Assembly: GCA_027314165.1 (NCBI GenBank)
Contig: DAHVCH010000001.1
Coordinates: 108,590 to 172,589 of the forward strand
DNA length: 64,000 bases
Origin: Thermoplasmata archaeon
Lineage (GTDB): Archaea > Thermoplasmatota > Thermoplasmata > Lutacidiplasmatales > UBA184
Reading direction: 5' to 3'
The notes under the pieces were generated by a model. That model made no database searches and was not told the origin of the DNA. It saw only the letters and a list, made by a program, of their open reading frames with translations. The position numbers and the translations under genes were made by a program. Positions 19,036-28,194 of this stretch are shown piece after piece. The stretch's first letter is position 1; each line of letters starts with the position of its first letter.

Positions 19036-21141
19036 ATGGCCTTCGTGGCACCGTTCGACCTGGTCGGAGGGGCGCTCGTCGTTCTCGCGGCGAGCGGAGG
19101 TGCGGGACTCCTCCCCTCCGCGTCCTCCCGCAGAGCGACCGTGGGTGCGCTCTCGCTCGCACTCCTAGGCTGCCTCCTCCTCGTTTCGGTCGCGCTTGAG
19201 GTCCTGCTCGGAGGGGCGGCGGGGACCGCTACGGTGGCCCTCCCCGGGTTCCAGTCCGCGTCGGAGGCCTTGAGCCTGGCCGTCGTGCTCGGTCCGCTCC
19301 AAGGGCTGTTCCTCCTGCTCGTGGGGGCGGTCGGCGGCGCCATCACGCTCGCCTCCGTCGGCTACGTGCCGGCCTACGTCCACGAGCGGCCGGCGACGCT
19401 GGCGGGGGTCTACGGGCTCTTCGTGGGGTCCATGGCGCTGCTGGTGCTCTCGGGCACCGCCTTCCTCTTCCTCGTGGCCTGGGAGGGGATGACCCTGCTC
19501 TCCTACGTGATGGTGGTGCACGAGCACGGTTCCTGGGACGTCCGACGCGCCGGTCTCACCTACCTCGTGATGAGCCATGCGGCGGCCGCAGCCCTCCTCG
19601 CGGGGTTCGTGGTGCTCTACGTGGGCACCGGCAGCACGAACTTCGGCGCGATGAGCGCGAACGCGCGCGCCCTTCCCGAGCTCACCCGGGATGCGGTGTT
19701 CGTCGCGATGGTCCTCGGTTTCGGGACCAAGGCGGGGGTCGTGCCCCTGCACGTGTGGCTACCGGAGGCGCATCCCGCGGCTCCGAGCAACGTCTCCTCG
19801 ATCATGTCGGGGGTCATGATCAAGATGGGCGTCTTCGGGCTCCTGCTCGTCGTCTTTGAGGTGCTGGGCGGGGGACCGCTGTGGTGGGGGTTCGTGCTGC
19901 TCGTCCTGGGAGCGGCCTCGGCCCTGCTGGGGGTGCTGAACGCCATCGCGCAGCACGACGTGAAACGGCTGCTCGCCTTCCACTCGGTCGAGAACATCGG
20001 CATCATCTTCATGGCGCTGGGAGCGGCGCTGGTCTTCCTCTCGCTCGGATGGCCCGCGCTCGCGGCGGTCGCGCTCCTGGCCGCGATCCTCCACACCTTC
20101 AACCATGCGATGTTCAAGGGGCTCCTCTTCCTCGGGGCCGGAGCTGTCGTGGGCACGACAGGGACCCGCGACATGGAGCAGATGGGAGGCCTCGCCCGGG
20201 GCATGCCCAGGACGGCGATCGCCTTCCTCTTCGGGGCGATGGCCATCTCCGCGCTCCCGCCGCTCAACGGGTTCGTCAGCGAGTGGTTGCTCTTCCAGGC
20301 GTTCTTTGCCTCCTTCGGGACCGGCTCCTTGGCGACCGAGGTCGCCTTTACGGCGGCCGCCGGGACGCTCGCGCTCGCGAGCGGGCTCGCCGCCTACTGC
20401 TTCGTCAAGGCGTTCGGAGTGATCTTCCTCGCCCGCCCGAGGTCCGAGGTCGCTCGGTCGGTGCGTTCGGACGCGCCGGCCGCGATGCAGGTCGGGATGG
20501 TCGCTCTCGCCGGCGCGTGCGTCACGGTCGGGGTCTTCCCCGTCCTTCTCCTCAGCACGTTCGCCGGGACCGTCCGCACGCTCACGGGCGCCTCCTACGC
20601 CACGTCGCCCTGGGCGTGGGGCGCGCCTCTCGCGTTCCCTTCGGTCTCAGGGGCCGCGACACCCAGCGTCCCGCCCCACGGTAGCCTCGCCATCGGCGTG
20701 GTGGCGCTCCTGCTCATGGTCGTGCTCCTGGCCGCCATGGTCCTTCGCCGGGCCACCTCGAACGGCAGCCCCTCGCGCCGGCCGATGTGGGACTGCGGGA
20801 TGGACGCCCCCACCCCGAGGATGGAGTACACGGCGAGCGGCTATGCCCAGCCCATCCTCCGGCTGTTCTCCGTGTTCTACGGGGCGCACCCGGTCTCCGA
20901 GCTAGGGGACCTGGGAGGCGCGAGACCGGGGGTCCTCCAGAAGACCGTCCGGCACGAGTCGGAGGTGGACTATCCGCTGATGGAGCAGGTCTACTCCCCG
21001 ATCGTCCGGCTCCTGCGCGAGCTCGCCCGCCGGGTGAGCCGACTCCAATCCGGAGGGATCCATGCCTACCTCGCCTACATGGTGCTGACCCTGGTGGTCC
21101 TCCTCGTCGCGTCGAGGCTCTTCGGAGGGGTCCTTCCGTGA
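19036..21141 (+). CDS. Ehr/Hyf-type complex antiporter-like subunit (NuoL/HyfB/MnhA family)
   Basis: About 700 aa with ~20 TM helices and the conserved proton-pump motifs (WLPEAHPAAPSNVSS, GTKAGVVPLHVWLP). It is the first gene of a tightly packed six-gene cluster. Confidence 0.8.
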   Translation: MAFVAPFDLVGGALVVLAASGGAGLLPSASSRRATVGALSLALLGCLLLVSVALEVLLGGAAGTATVALPGFQSASEALSLAVVLGPLQGLFLLLVGAVGGAITLASVGYVPAYVHERPATLAGVYGLFVGSMALLVLSGTAFLFLVAWEGMTLLSYVMVVHEHGSWDVRRAGLTYLVMSHAAAAALLAGFVVLYVGTGSTNFGAMSANARALPELTRDAVFVAMVLGFGTKAGVVPLHVWLPEAHPAAPSNVSSIMSGVMIKMGVFGLLLVVFEVLGGGPLWWGFVLLVLGAASALLGVLNAIAQHDVKRLLAFHSVENIGIIFMALGAALVFLSLGWPALAAVALLAAILHTFNHAMFKGLLFLGAGAVVGTTGTRDMEQMGGLARGMPRTAIAFLFGAMAISALPPLNGFVSEWLLFQAFFASFGTGSLATEVAFTAAAGTLALASGLAAYCFVKAFGVIFLARPRSEVARSVRSDAPAAMQVGMVALAGACVTVGVFPVLLLSTFAGTVRTLTGASYATSPWAWGAPLAFPSVSGAATPSVPPHGSLAIGVVALLLMVVLLAAMVLRRATSNGSPSRRPMWDCGMDAPTPRMEYTASGYAQPILRLFSVFYGAHPVSELGDLGGARPGVLQKTVRHESEVDYPLMEQVYSPIVRLLRELARRVSRLQSGGIHAYLAYMVLTLVVLLVASRLFGGVLP

Positions 21142-22106
21142 CCGCCCCCGCTCCCTGGGTGCAGTTCCTCCTGCTCGTCTTCGAGCTCGCGCTCGTGCTC
21201 GGTATCAGTCCAATGCTCGTGGGCATCATGAGGCGCGTGAAGGCCAGGAGCCAACGACGCCTGGGACCCCCGTTGCTGCAGCCCTACCGGGACCTGCGGA
21301 AGCTCTTCAGAAAGGACCGCATCTACGCGGAGAGCGCGAGCACGCTCACCCCCTACGCCCCCTGGGTCTCGTTCGTTGCCCTCGTCTCGGCGGTCCCCTT
21401 CCTCCCGTGGTTCTTCGTGCCCGCTCCCCTCGGGTTCGCGGGCGACCTGATCGTCGTGGTGGGGCTCCTCGCCCTCTCCCGGTTCATGACCGCGCTCGCG
21501 GCGCTGGACGCGGGGAGCACGTTCGGCGGGATGGGTTCGACGCGTGACATGTGGATCGGGGCCCTCGCCGAACCGACCTTCCTCCTCGTCATCTTCGCCT
21601 GGGGGGCCCCCTCGGGCTCGACGCAGGCCTCCGTCATCGTGGAACACGGGCTCTCGCTCGGCCTCGCCCACCTGAGCCCGGCGCTGCTCCTCGCCTCCAC
21701 GGCCTTCGGGGTGCTCCTCCTCGCCGAGACCGGGCGGCTGCCGGTCGACAACCCCGCCACGCACCTCGAGCTCACGATGGTGCACGAGGCGATGGTCCTG
21801 GAGTACACCGGCCAGGACCTGGCCGTCATCGAGTGGGGCAAGGGGATCAAGTTCGTCCTGCTCGCAGGGCTCCTCACGGCCGTCCTGCTCCCCTGGGGCA
21901 TCGCCACCGCGCTCGGGGCCGGGGCCCTGGCCCTTGGCGTGGGGCTCCTTCTGGTGAAGCTCTCGTCGACCGCCTGGCTGGTCGGGCACCTCGAGACGCG
22001 CGTCGCGAAGTGGCGGCTCTTCCGTGTGGCCGACCTCTCGACGCTCGCGGTCGCCTTGGCCCTGGGCTCCATCGCGCTCACCTATCTCGTGGGGGTCGGC
22101 TCGTGA
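21138..22106 (+). CDS. Ehr/Hyf-type complex membrane subunit (NuoH/HycD family)
   Basis: The GTG at 21138 overlaps the preceding stop (GTGA). The N-terminus VQFLLLVFELALVLGISPMLVGIMRRVKARSQRRLGPPLLQPYRDLRKLFRKD carries the NuoH/HycD signature (ARxQxRxGP...QxxxDxxKLxxKE). Confidence 0.75.
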   Translation: MTAPAPWVQFLLLVFELALVLGISPMLVGIMRRVKARSQRRLGPPLLQPYRDLRKLFRKDRIYAESASTLTPYAPWVSFVALVSAVPFLPWFFVPAPLGFAGDLIVVVGLLALSRFMTALAALDAGSTFGGMGSTRDMWIGALAEPTFLLVIFAWGAPSGSTQASVIVEHGLSLGLAHLSPALLLASTAFGVLLLAETGRLPVDNPATHLELTMVHEAMVLEYTGQDLAVIEWGKGIKFVLLAGLLTAVLLPWGIATALGAGALALGVGLLLVKLSSTAWLVGHLETRVAKWRLFRVADLSTLAVALALGSIALTYLVGVGS

Positions 22107-22759
22107 CCTCCGACGGACTGCTGCTGCTCGAGATCGCCGCCTCGGTGGTCCTCGTCACCGCCTGGATCGCGCTCGTCCACCGGCGGCTGGACGCCCAGGT
22201 CCGGCTCTACGCGATCCAGTCGCTCGCTCTGGCGGTCATCTCGGGACTCGTGGCCTACCTCTACTCCGCGCCGCTGCTCTACCTGACGGGCGCCCTCTTC
22301 GCCGCGCTGAACGGCGCGCTCCTGCCCTGGATCCTGCTCACGGTCCGACGGGAGCTCCGCATCCCGCCGGAGGCGAACATGCTCGTCTCCGTCCGGGGGA
22401 GCGCGCTGGCCGGGCTGGGGTGCCTCCTCCTCGCCGTGGCCGTCGTGGGGCCCCTCACCCCGCTTGCCGCGGTCCCCGCGGCCGGCCTCCTCCCGATCTC
22501 CGTCACGGTGGTCTTGGTCGGGCTCTTCGTGACCGTCTCCCGACGCAAGGCCTTCTCCCAGGTGCTCGGGATCCTGGTGATGGAGAACGGGGTCTTTCTC
22601 GCCGGCCTGGCGCTCACCTACGGGCTTGGCATCCTCTTGGAGCTGGGCATCGCCGCGAACCTGCTCGTGCTCGCGATCGTGAGCCGGCTCTTCCTGCACC
22701 GGATGAAGGACTCCTTCGACTCGCTGGACGCGGACGTCCTCCGCTCCCTGGAGGGGTGA
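22103..22759 (+). CDS. Ehr/Hyf-type complex small membrane subunit (HyfE/NuoK-like)
   Basis: The GTG at 22103 overlaps the upstream stop. It is 218 aa with 6 TM helices, and its position and size match HyfE/EhrC-like subunits. Confidence 0.65.
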   Translation: MTSDGLLLLEIAASVVLVTAWIALVHRRLDAQVRLYAIQSLALAVISGLVAYLYSAPLLYLTGALFAALNGALLPWILLTVRRELRIPPEANMLVSVRGSALAGLGCLLLAVAVVGPLTPLAAVPAAGLLPISVTVVLVGLFVTVSRRKAFSQVLGILVMENGVFLAGLALTYGLGILLELGIAANLLVLAIVSRLFLHRMKDSFDSLDADVLRSLEG

Positions 22760-22766
22760 GAGGAAG

Positions 22767-24245
22767 ATGCCGCTGGAATGGACCGTCGTCCTCCTGCTGG
22801 TCCCCGCGGCCTGCGCCGGACTGGTCGAGGTCGTGCCGGGTCGGTCGGCGGTGAACGCGGTCGCGATCGCCGGGGCCCTGGGCTCCCTCATCGCGGTCCT
22901 GGCGATCGTCCAGCAGGTGCTCCTTCAGGGGACTGCGACGACCCCGATGGACGCGCTCTACGTCGACGCGCTCTCGGCGGTGCTCCTCCTCCTCTTGAGC
23001 GTCGTGGGGCTCGCCTCGGTCCTGTACTCGGTGGACTACCTGGGGCGCGAAGGGAGCCCGCACTCGCTGTCGCTCCCGCAGCTCCGGAGGTACCACGCGT
23101 TCGTCCTCCTCTTCCTGTTCACGATGTTCCTGGTGGGCGAGGCGAACAACCTAGGGCTCCTCTGGATCGCCCTGGAGGGAACGACCCTGGTCTCGGCGCT
23201 CCTGGTGGGCTTCTACCACACCCGGAAGTCCATCGAGGCGTCCTGGAAGTACCTCGTCCTCTGCACCGTCGGACTGGTCTTCGCGCTCTTCGGAACGCTC
23301 CTGCTCTACCTCGCCTCGGCCACCGCGAGCGGGAGCGCGGGGGCTTCGCTCGATTGGACGGCCTTGATCCAGATCGCCCCCAAGTTCGACCCAGGGCTGG
23401 TCCGGCTCGCGCTCGTCTTCCTCTTCGTGGGATACGGGACGAAAGCGGGTTTCGCACCGCTGCACACCTGGCTGCCCGATGCCCACTCCGAGGCCCCCAC
23501 ACCGGTCTCGGCGCTGCTCTCCGCCGGCCTCCTCAAGTGCGCCATCTACGCGCTGCTGCGGGTGGACGCGATCACGCTCCGGATGCCCGGGTTCACTTTC
23601 GCGACGTGGCTCTTCCTGGGCTTCGGGGTCGTCTCCGTGCTGCTCGCGGCCCTCTTCATCCTGGTGCAACGGGACCTCAAACGCCTCCTGGCCTACCACT
23701 CGGTCGAGCACATCGGGATCATCTCGATCGGCATCGGGTTCGGGGGGCCGCTCGGGCTCTTCGGAGCGATCTTCCACATGGTCAACCACGCCGCCACCAA
23801 GGCGGCCCTGTTCCTTGCGGGAGGCGACCTGGCCGTGGCCGCGCGGACGAAGGACCTCGACGAGATCTCCGGGGCGCTGACCGCGATCCCCGCCACCGGG
23901 ACGGTCCTGCTGATCGGCGGGCTTGCCCTCGCCGGGGTCCCACCCTTCTCGATCTTCGCGAGCGAGTTCCTGATCGTCTCCTCGGGCTTCCAGGCCGGCG
24001 ACTGGGTCGTGGCCGTGATCCTGCTGGTCGCCCTGGCCATCGTCTTCGGAGGGCTGCTGCTCCACCTGACGAGCGCGCTGTTCGGACCGAAGCCCCGTCA
24101 AGGGTTCCCCGGGATCCGCGCCCGGGTGGTGGGGACCGCGCTCGCCATCGGACTGCTCCTCCCGCTCGTGGTCGGGCTGGGCTTGCTGCTCCCCAACCCC
24201 CTCGCGACGCTCCTCCACGATGCGGTCAGGGTGGTGATGGGATGA
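22767..24245 (+). CDS. Ehr/Hyf-type complex antiporter-like subunit (NuoN/NuoM/HyfF family)
   Basis: 492 aa with 14 TM helices and motifs GTKAGFAPLHTWLPDAHSEAPTPVSALLSA, typical of NuoM/N-type subunits. Confidence 0.8.
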   Translation: MPLEWTVVLLLVPAACAGLVEVVPGRSAVNAVAIAGALGSLIAVLAIVQQVLLQGTATTPMDALYVDALSAVLLLLLSVVGLASVLYSVDYLGREGSPHSLSLPQLRRYHAFVLLFLFTMFLVGEANNLGLLWIALEGTTLVSALLVGFYHTRKSIEASWKYLVLCTVGLVFALFGTLLLYLASATASGSAGASLDWTALIQIAPKFDPGLVRLALVFLFVGYGTKAGFAPLHTWLPDAHSEAPTPVSALLSAGLLKCAIYALLRVDAITLRMPGFTFATWLFLGFGVVSVLLAALFILVQRDLKRLLAYHSVEHIGIISIGIGFGGPLGLFGAIFHMVNHAATKAALFLAGGDLAVAARTKDLDEISGALTAIPATGTVLLIGGLALAGVPPFSIFASEFLIVSSGFQAGDWVVAVILLVALAIVFGGLLLHLTSALFGPKPRQGFPGIRARVVGTALAIGLLLPLVVGLGLLLPNPLATLLHDAVRVVMG

Positions 24246-25915
24246 GCGCGGGCGCACCGGACCACGGGTCGGAGGCCCCCCTCCTGTCTGCGACGCGGTC
24301 CCAGGGCGAGCGCACGGCCCCTCCCCCTCGATCGCAGGTGGAGGTCCCCGGAGCCCGCGACGAGCGAAAGTGGGTCGCCGCGGCACGGGGTGGGCCGACC
24401 CTGGAGGAAGCTGAGGAGGGCCCGTGGGAGGTGGTCGTGGCGTTGGAGCGTTGGCGCCCCTCCGTCCTGTCGCTCGTCCATGCGCTGCGATTCCGCCTGG
24501 CGACGCTCTGGGGCGAGAACGCGCACGGCGGGGACGTCGAGGTCCACGGGATCTTCCTGGGAGGGGCCGAGTGCCGGGGCGTCCACCTCCGCGTCGACCT
24601 GCCGGGAGCGGCGCGAAAGCTGCCCTCGTTGCTGCCGGACCTGCCCACGGCCCTCTACTTCGAGCGGGAGCTCTCGGAGATGTTCGGGGTCACGATCCTC
24701 GCCTCCCCCGACACCCGTCCGCTCCTGCTCCACGAACGTCACACCGCCCCTCCGATGCTGCCCGCAGGCGGCGAACCCACGGGGGTCCGTGCCCCCTTCG
24801 GGTTCCCCCGTACGGAAGGGGAAGGGGTCTACGAGGTCCCGGTCGGGCCGGTGCATGCAGGAGTGATCGAGCCCGGCCACTTCCGCTTCCAGGTGCGAGG
24901 GGAGGAGATCCTCAACCTCGAGGTACGCCTGGGCTACGCCCACAAGGGGACGGAGAGGCTGTTCGAGGGACTCGAGCCATCTCAGGCCACGGTCCTCGCC
25001 GAGTCGATCTCGGGGGACATGTCGGTCGCGGGTGCCACCGCGTATGCGCTCGCGGTGGAGGACGTCCTCGGGGTTCCTGTCCCTCCCGCCGCGCAGACCG
25101 CCCGGGGCCTGCTGCTCGAGCTGGAACGGGCGGCGTTCCTGATGGGGGATGTCGCTGGGATCATCCTGGACGTGGGGTACGCGGCCGGGGCCGCCGAGGC
25201 CAACGTCCTTCGAGAACAAGCCTACGGCACGCTCGAGCTCCTCACCGGTTCCCGGCTCGGGCGAGGGGCCGTGGTTCCCGGAGGGCTCGCTCGGCCGGTC
25301 CCGGCGGAGGCGCGAGTGGACGTGGAGCGGTCGCTGGACGCCGTCCGGCGGGGCCTCGCCGGCCTCGTCGACCACGTCCACGACCAGCCCAGCATCATGG
25401 ACCGGCTCCGAGGAACGGGGGTCATCTCGCTCGAGGTCGCCGAAGCCCTAGGCATGGTCGGACCGGCCGCCCGGGCCAGCGGTCTCGTCAGGGACGTGCG
25501 GCGGGACCGCCCTTACGGTCCCTATGTCCACGAGCGCGTGCGCGTCCGTGTCGCCTCCCGTTCCGAAGGCGACGTGGAGGCACGGTTCGAGGTGAAGGTC
25601 GCAGAGGTCCTCGAGGCCTGCCGACTCGCGCGGCACTTCCTCGGCGAAGGGGGTCCCGCGACGGGACCCCTGATCTCCTCGCGATCGGCCCGGCCCCGCC
25701 ACGGTCTCGGCATCGTCGAGTCCCCCCGCGGGGAGTTCCTGGTGGCCCTCCGTCCTTCGGAACCGGCGAAGAAGGTGCTCGCGAGGGTCCACGTCCGCGA
25801 CCCCTCCTTCCTCAATTGGCCGGCGATCGAGTACGCCGTCCGCGGGAACATCGTCCCGGATTTCCCGCTCTGCAACAAGAGCCTGAACCTCTCGTACTCG
25901 GGGTTCGACCGATGA
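24242..25915 (+). CDS. fused NuoC/NuoD-like (HycE-like) large subunit lacking [NiFe]-binding cysteines
   Basis: The ATG overlaps the upstream stop (ATGA). It has an N-terminal NuoC-like segment (LVHALRFRLATLWGEN...) followed by a large-subunit domain GPVHAGVIEPGHFRF...RLGYAHKGTERL. The position of the hydrogenase L1 motif (ERxCGICGFxHSxAY) reads ESISGDMSVAGATAY, and the C-terminus ends ...DFPLCNKSLNLSYSGFDR instead of DPCxxC. Confidence 0.8.
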   Translation: MSAGAPDHGSEAPLLSATRSQGERTAPPPRSQVEVPGARDERKWVAAARGGPTLEEAEEGPWEVVVALERWRPSVLSLVHALRFRLATLWGENAHGGDVEVHGIFLGGAECRGVHLRVDLPGAARKLPSLLPDLPTALYFERELSEMFGVTILASPDTRPLLLHERHTAPPMLPAGGEPTGVRAPFGFPRTEGEGVYEVPVGPVHAGVIEPGHFRFQVRGEEILNLEVRLGYAHKGTERLFEGLEPSQATVLAESISGDMSVAGATAYALAVEDVLGVPVPPAAQTARGLLLELERAAFLMGDVAGIILDVGYAAGAAEANVLREQAYGTLELLTGSRLGRGAVVPGGLARPVPAEARVDVERSLDAVRRGLAGLVDHVHDQPSIMDRLRGTGVISLEVAEALGMVGPAARASGLVRDVRRDRPYGPYVHERVRVRVASRSEGDVEARFEVKVAEVLEACRLARHFLGEGGPATGPLISSRSARPRHGLGIVESPRGEFLVALRPSEPAKKVLARVHVRDPSFLNWPAIEYAVRGNIVPDFPLCNKSLNLSYSGFDR

Positions 25916-26877
25916 TCGGCGGCGGGTCACCCGGGTCGGCGACGAGCAGGGGCGAGCCGAGCGCGGATCGGGAGGCGGCCCCCTCCTCACCCTCTCGCGC
26001 CCGGTCCACCGCGTCCGCTCCTCCGCGCGAGACGACCTCCGGTATCTTCGGTCCCTGCACGACAAAGGCCTACCCTCAGGGACCCGCGGAGCTGGCGCGG
26101 ATGGGGGCGAGGACCCCGTGGCACGACCCGGGTGTCTGCGAGGGCACAGGAGCGTGCGCGCGCGCCTGTCCCACGGAGGCGATCACGATCGAGGGCACGG
26201 GGCGGGGGGCCCGTCTCCGCCTCGACTACGGGGCGTGCGTCTTCTGTCGCAAGTGCGTGGACGCCTGTCCCACCGGAGCCCTGCGGGCTGTCCGCTTCTT
26301 TGAGCTCGCCGTGCGGTCGAAGGACGACCTCGTCGCTCGGCACGTGGCCGGTGGGACCCTCGGTGCGAACCCGCCCCCGAGCCAGGACAAGGTTTCCCGG
26401 GAAGTGCGCGAGCGCATCTCCCGCCTCTTTTCCGGGTCGCTCGCCGTGCGGGCGGTGGACGCTGGCAGCTGCAACGGTTGCGAGGTGGAGGTCTCCGCGC
26501 TCTCGTGGCCCGCCTACGACGCCGAGCGGCTCGGGATCCATTTCGTGGCGTCGCCACGGCATGCGGATGCGCTGCTCGTCACCGGTCCCGTCAACCGGAA
26601 CATGCGCCTCGCCCTCCAGAAGACCCTCGATGCGACCCCCGACCCGAAGTTCCTGGTCATCGCGGGGGCCTGCGGGATCTCCGGCGGACCGTTCCGCCGC
26701 TCGAAGGAAGTGGAGGGGGGCGTCCCCCCGTCGGACCTGCCCTCGGTCTGGGTCCCCGGTTGCCCTCCGCGCCCGGAAGCTCTCCTCTACGCCTTCTGGC
26801 TCGCGCTCGGCCGGGTGGAGCAGCAGCTGAAGAACGGGGAGCTTCCCCCCAAGGTCGGGGGAAGTTCCTTGAGGTAA
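25912..26877 (+). CDS. fused 2x[4Fe-4S] ferredoxin (NuoI/HycF-like) + NuoB/HycG-like small subunit
   Basis: The ATG overlaps the upstream stop (ATGA). It has two ferredoxin motifs (CEGTGACARACP, CVFCRKCVDACP), then the small-subunit motifs GSCNGCEVE, GACGISGGPF and VPGCPPRPE, i.e. all four Cys for an N2-type cluster. Confidence 0.8.
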   Translation: MIGGGSPGSATSRGEPSADREAAPSSPSRARSTASAPPRETTSGIFGPCTTKAYPQGPAELARMGARTPWHDPGVCEGTGACARACPTEAITIEGTGRGARLRLDYGACVFCRKCVDACPTGALRAVRFFELAVRSKDDLVARHVAGGTLGANPPPSQDKVSREVRERISRLFSGSLAVRAVDAGSCNGCEVEVSALSWPAYDAERLGIHFVASPRHADALLVTGPVNRNMRLALQKTLDATPDPKFLVIAGACGISGGPFRRSKEVEGGVPPSDLPSVWVPGCPPRPEALLYAFWLALGRVEQQLKNGELPPKVGGSSLR

Positions 26878-26883
26878 GGGCTC

Positions 26884-28065
26884 TTGCCGCGTGGCGTGTC
26901 TCGCCGCTCGCCCCCACCCGCGCCTGCTCCTCACCCCGGCGCGTCCCCGCTGGACCCCCATTCCCTCGGGCTCGAGCCCATCCCGCGGGTGATCCAGAGA
27001 TCGGGGGCCTCCACGCTCGTCGTGAGCCTGCCGAAGGAGTGGATCGAGCTCGAGGGGCTCCGCGCGGGCCAGTTCGTCTCCTGGGTCCGAGAGGACGACG
27101 GGGACCTCCGACTCCACCTCCCGGGGAAGCAGGTCCTTCCGACCCAGCCTAGGACCTGCGTCATCCGGACTCCCGGCCTGCGGTCGGTCGACCAGGCCCG
27201 GCGCCTGCTGTTCTCCGCCTACGTTCTGGGCTACGACCGCGTGCGGCTCGAGGACCCCGAGGGTCTGGACGAGGAGGTGCGGGCCGGGGTCGAACGGGTC
27301 AGCCACGAGCTCCTCGGGTTCAGCCTGACGGAGGCCTCCCGGACCACGCTGGTGGCGACCAGCTTCCTCGATCCCGCCGCGCACCCGGTGGCCGAGGTGA
27401 TCTCCCGGATCGGGTACACCCTGGACGTCCTCCTCGAACGCCTCGAGATGTCGCTCGCCGACGGGAACCCCAACGCGCTTCAGAGGGTCCCCGAGGTCCG
27501 CGTCGAGGTCCGGCGGCTCCACGCCCTCGCGCTCCGGCAGCTCAACCTCGCCGCGGCGAACCCACGGCTCGCGCGGCAGCTCGGCGTGAGCCGGCCCAGT
27601 CACCTTCTGGGTACCCGGGTCGTCGCGAAGCTCCTCGACGACATCGCGGACGCGGTGGAAGCCGTGGCGGGAGAGCTCTCCCGAATCGGCCGGGCTCCGC
27701 TCTCCGCGCGTCCGGTGCTGGAACAGATCCGAGGTCGGGTCCAGTCGCTCCGGGAGCGGCTGCGGCTCGCCCTGGGCGCCTTACGCTCCGGGAGCGCCAT
27801 AGAAGCGGAGCATGTCCTGGCCGCGCGCAGGGAAGCTCTCGAACGGTTTCTCGGGACCGAGGCCAAGCTCCGACGGATGACCGGTCCCTCGAGCCTGCGG
27901 CACTCGCTGGCCCTCGCCTCCTGGTGGGTGGGGGTCGCCCGTCAGCACGCCGAGGCGGTCGCCGAGGTCGCCTTCACGCGCGCCCTGGACCGCAACCCTT
28001 CCGTCCTGGACCTTTCCTCTTCCGGAGAGAAGAGGTTCAGCGTAAGTTCCGACCCGTCCGGATAG
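26884..28065 (+). CDS. PhoU-domain regulator with N-terminal SpoVT/AbrB-like swapped-hairpin domain
   Basis: The N-terminus IQRSGASTLVVSLPKEWIELEGLRAGQFVSWVRED is AbrB/MazE-like. The remainder is helical with two PhoU-like repeats. The gene starts 7 nt after the Ehr-cluster stop. Confidence 0.5.
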   Translation: MPRGVSRRSPPPAPAPHPGASPLDPHSLGLEPIPRVIQRSGASTLVVSLPKEWIELEGLRAGQFVSWVREDDGDLRLHLPGKQVLPTQPRTCVIRTPGLRSVDQARRLLFSAYVLGYDRVRLEDPEGLDEEVRAGVERVSHELLGFSLTEASRTTLVATSFLDPAAHPVAEVISRIGYTLDVLLERLEMSLADGNPNALQRVPEVRVEVRRLHALALRQLNLAAANPRLARQLGVSRPSHLLGTRVVAKLLDDIADAVEAVAGELSRIGRAPLSARPVLEQIRGRVQSLRERLRLALGALRSGSAIEAEHVLAARREALERFLGTEAKLRRMTGPSSLRHSLALASWWVGVARQHAEAVAEVAFTRALDRNPSVLDLSSSGEKRFSVSSDPSG

Positions 28066-28194
28066 GATGGCCTCGGGGGGGCGCCGCTCCACGTCCCCGT
28101 CGAGAAGGTCCCCCATACAATCCGGACTATCCGGTGCGCCGTCAGAAAGACCGGTGACGTCCTAGCATGGATAGCAGTCCTGCAGGAGCGTTCG

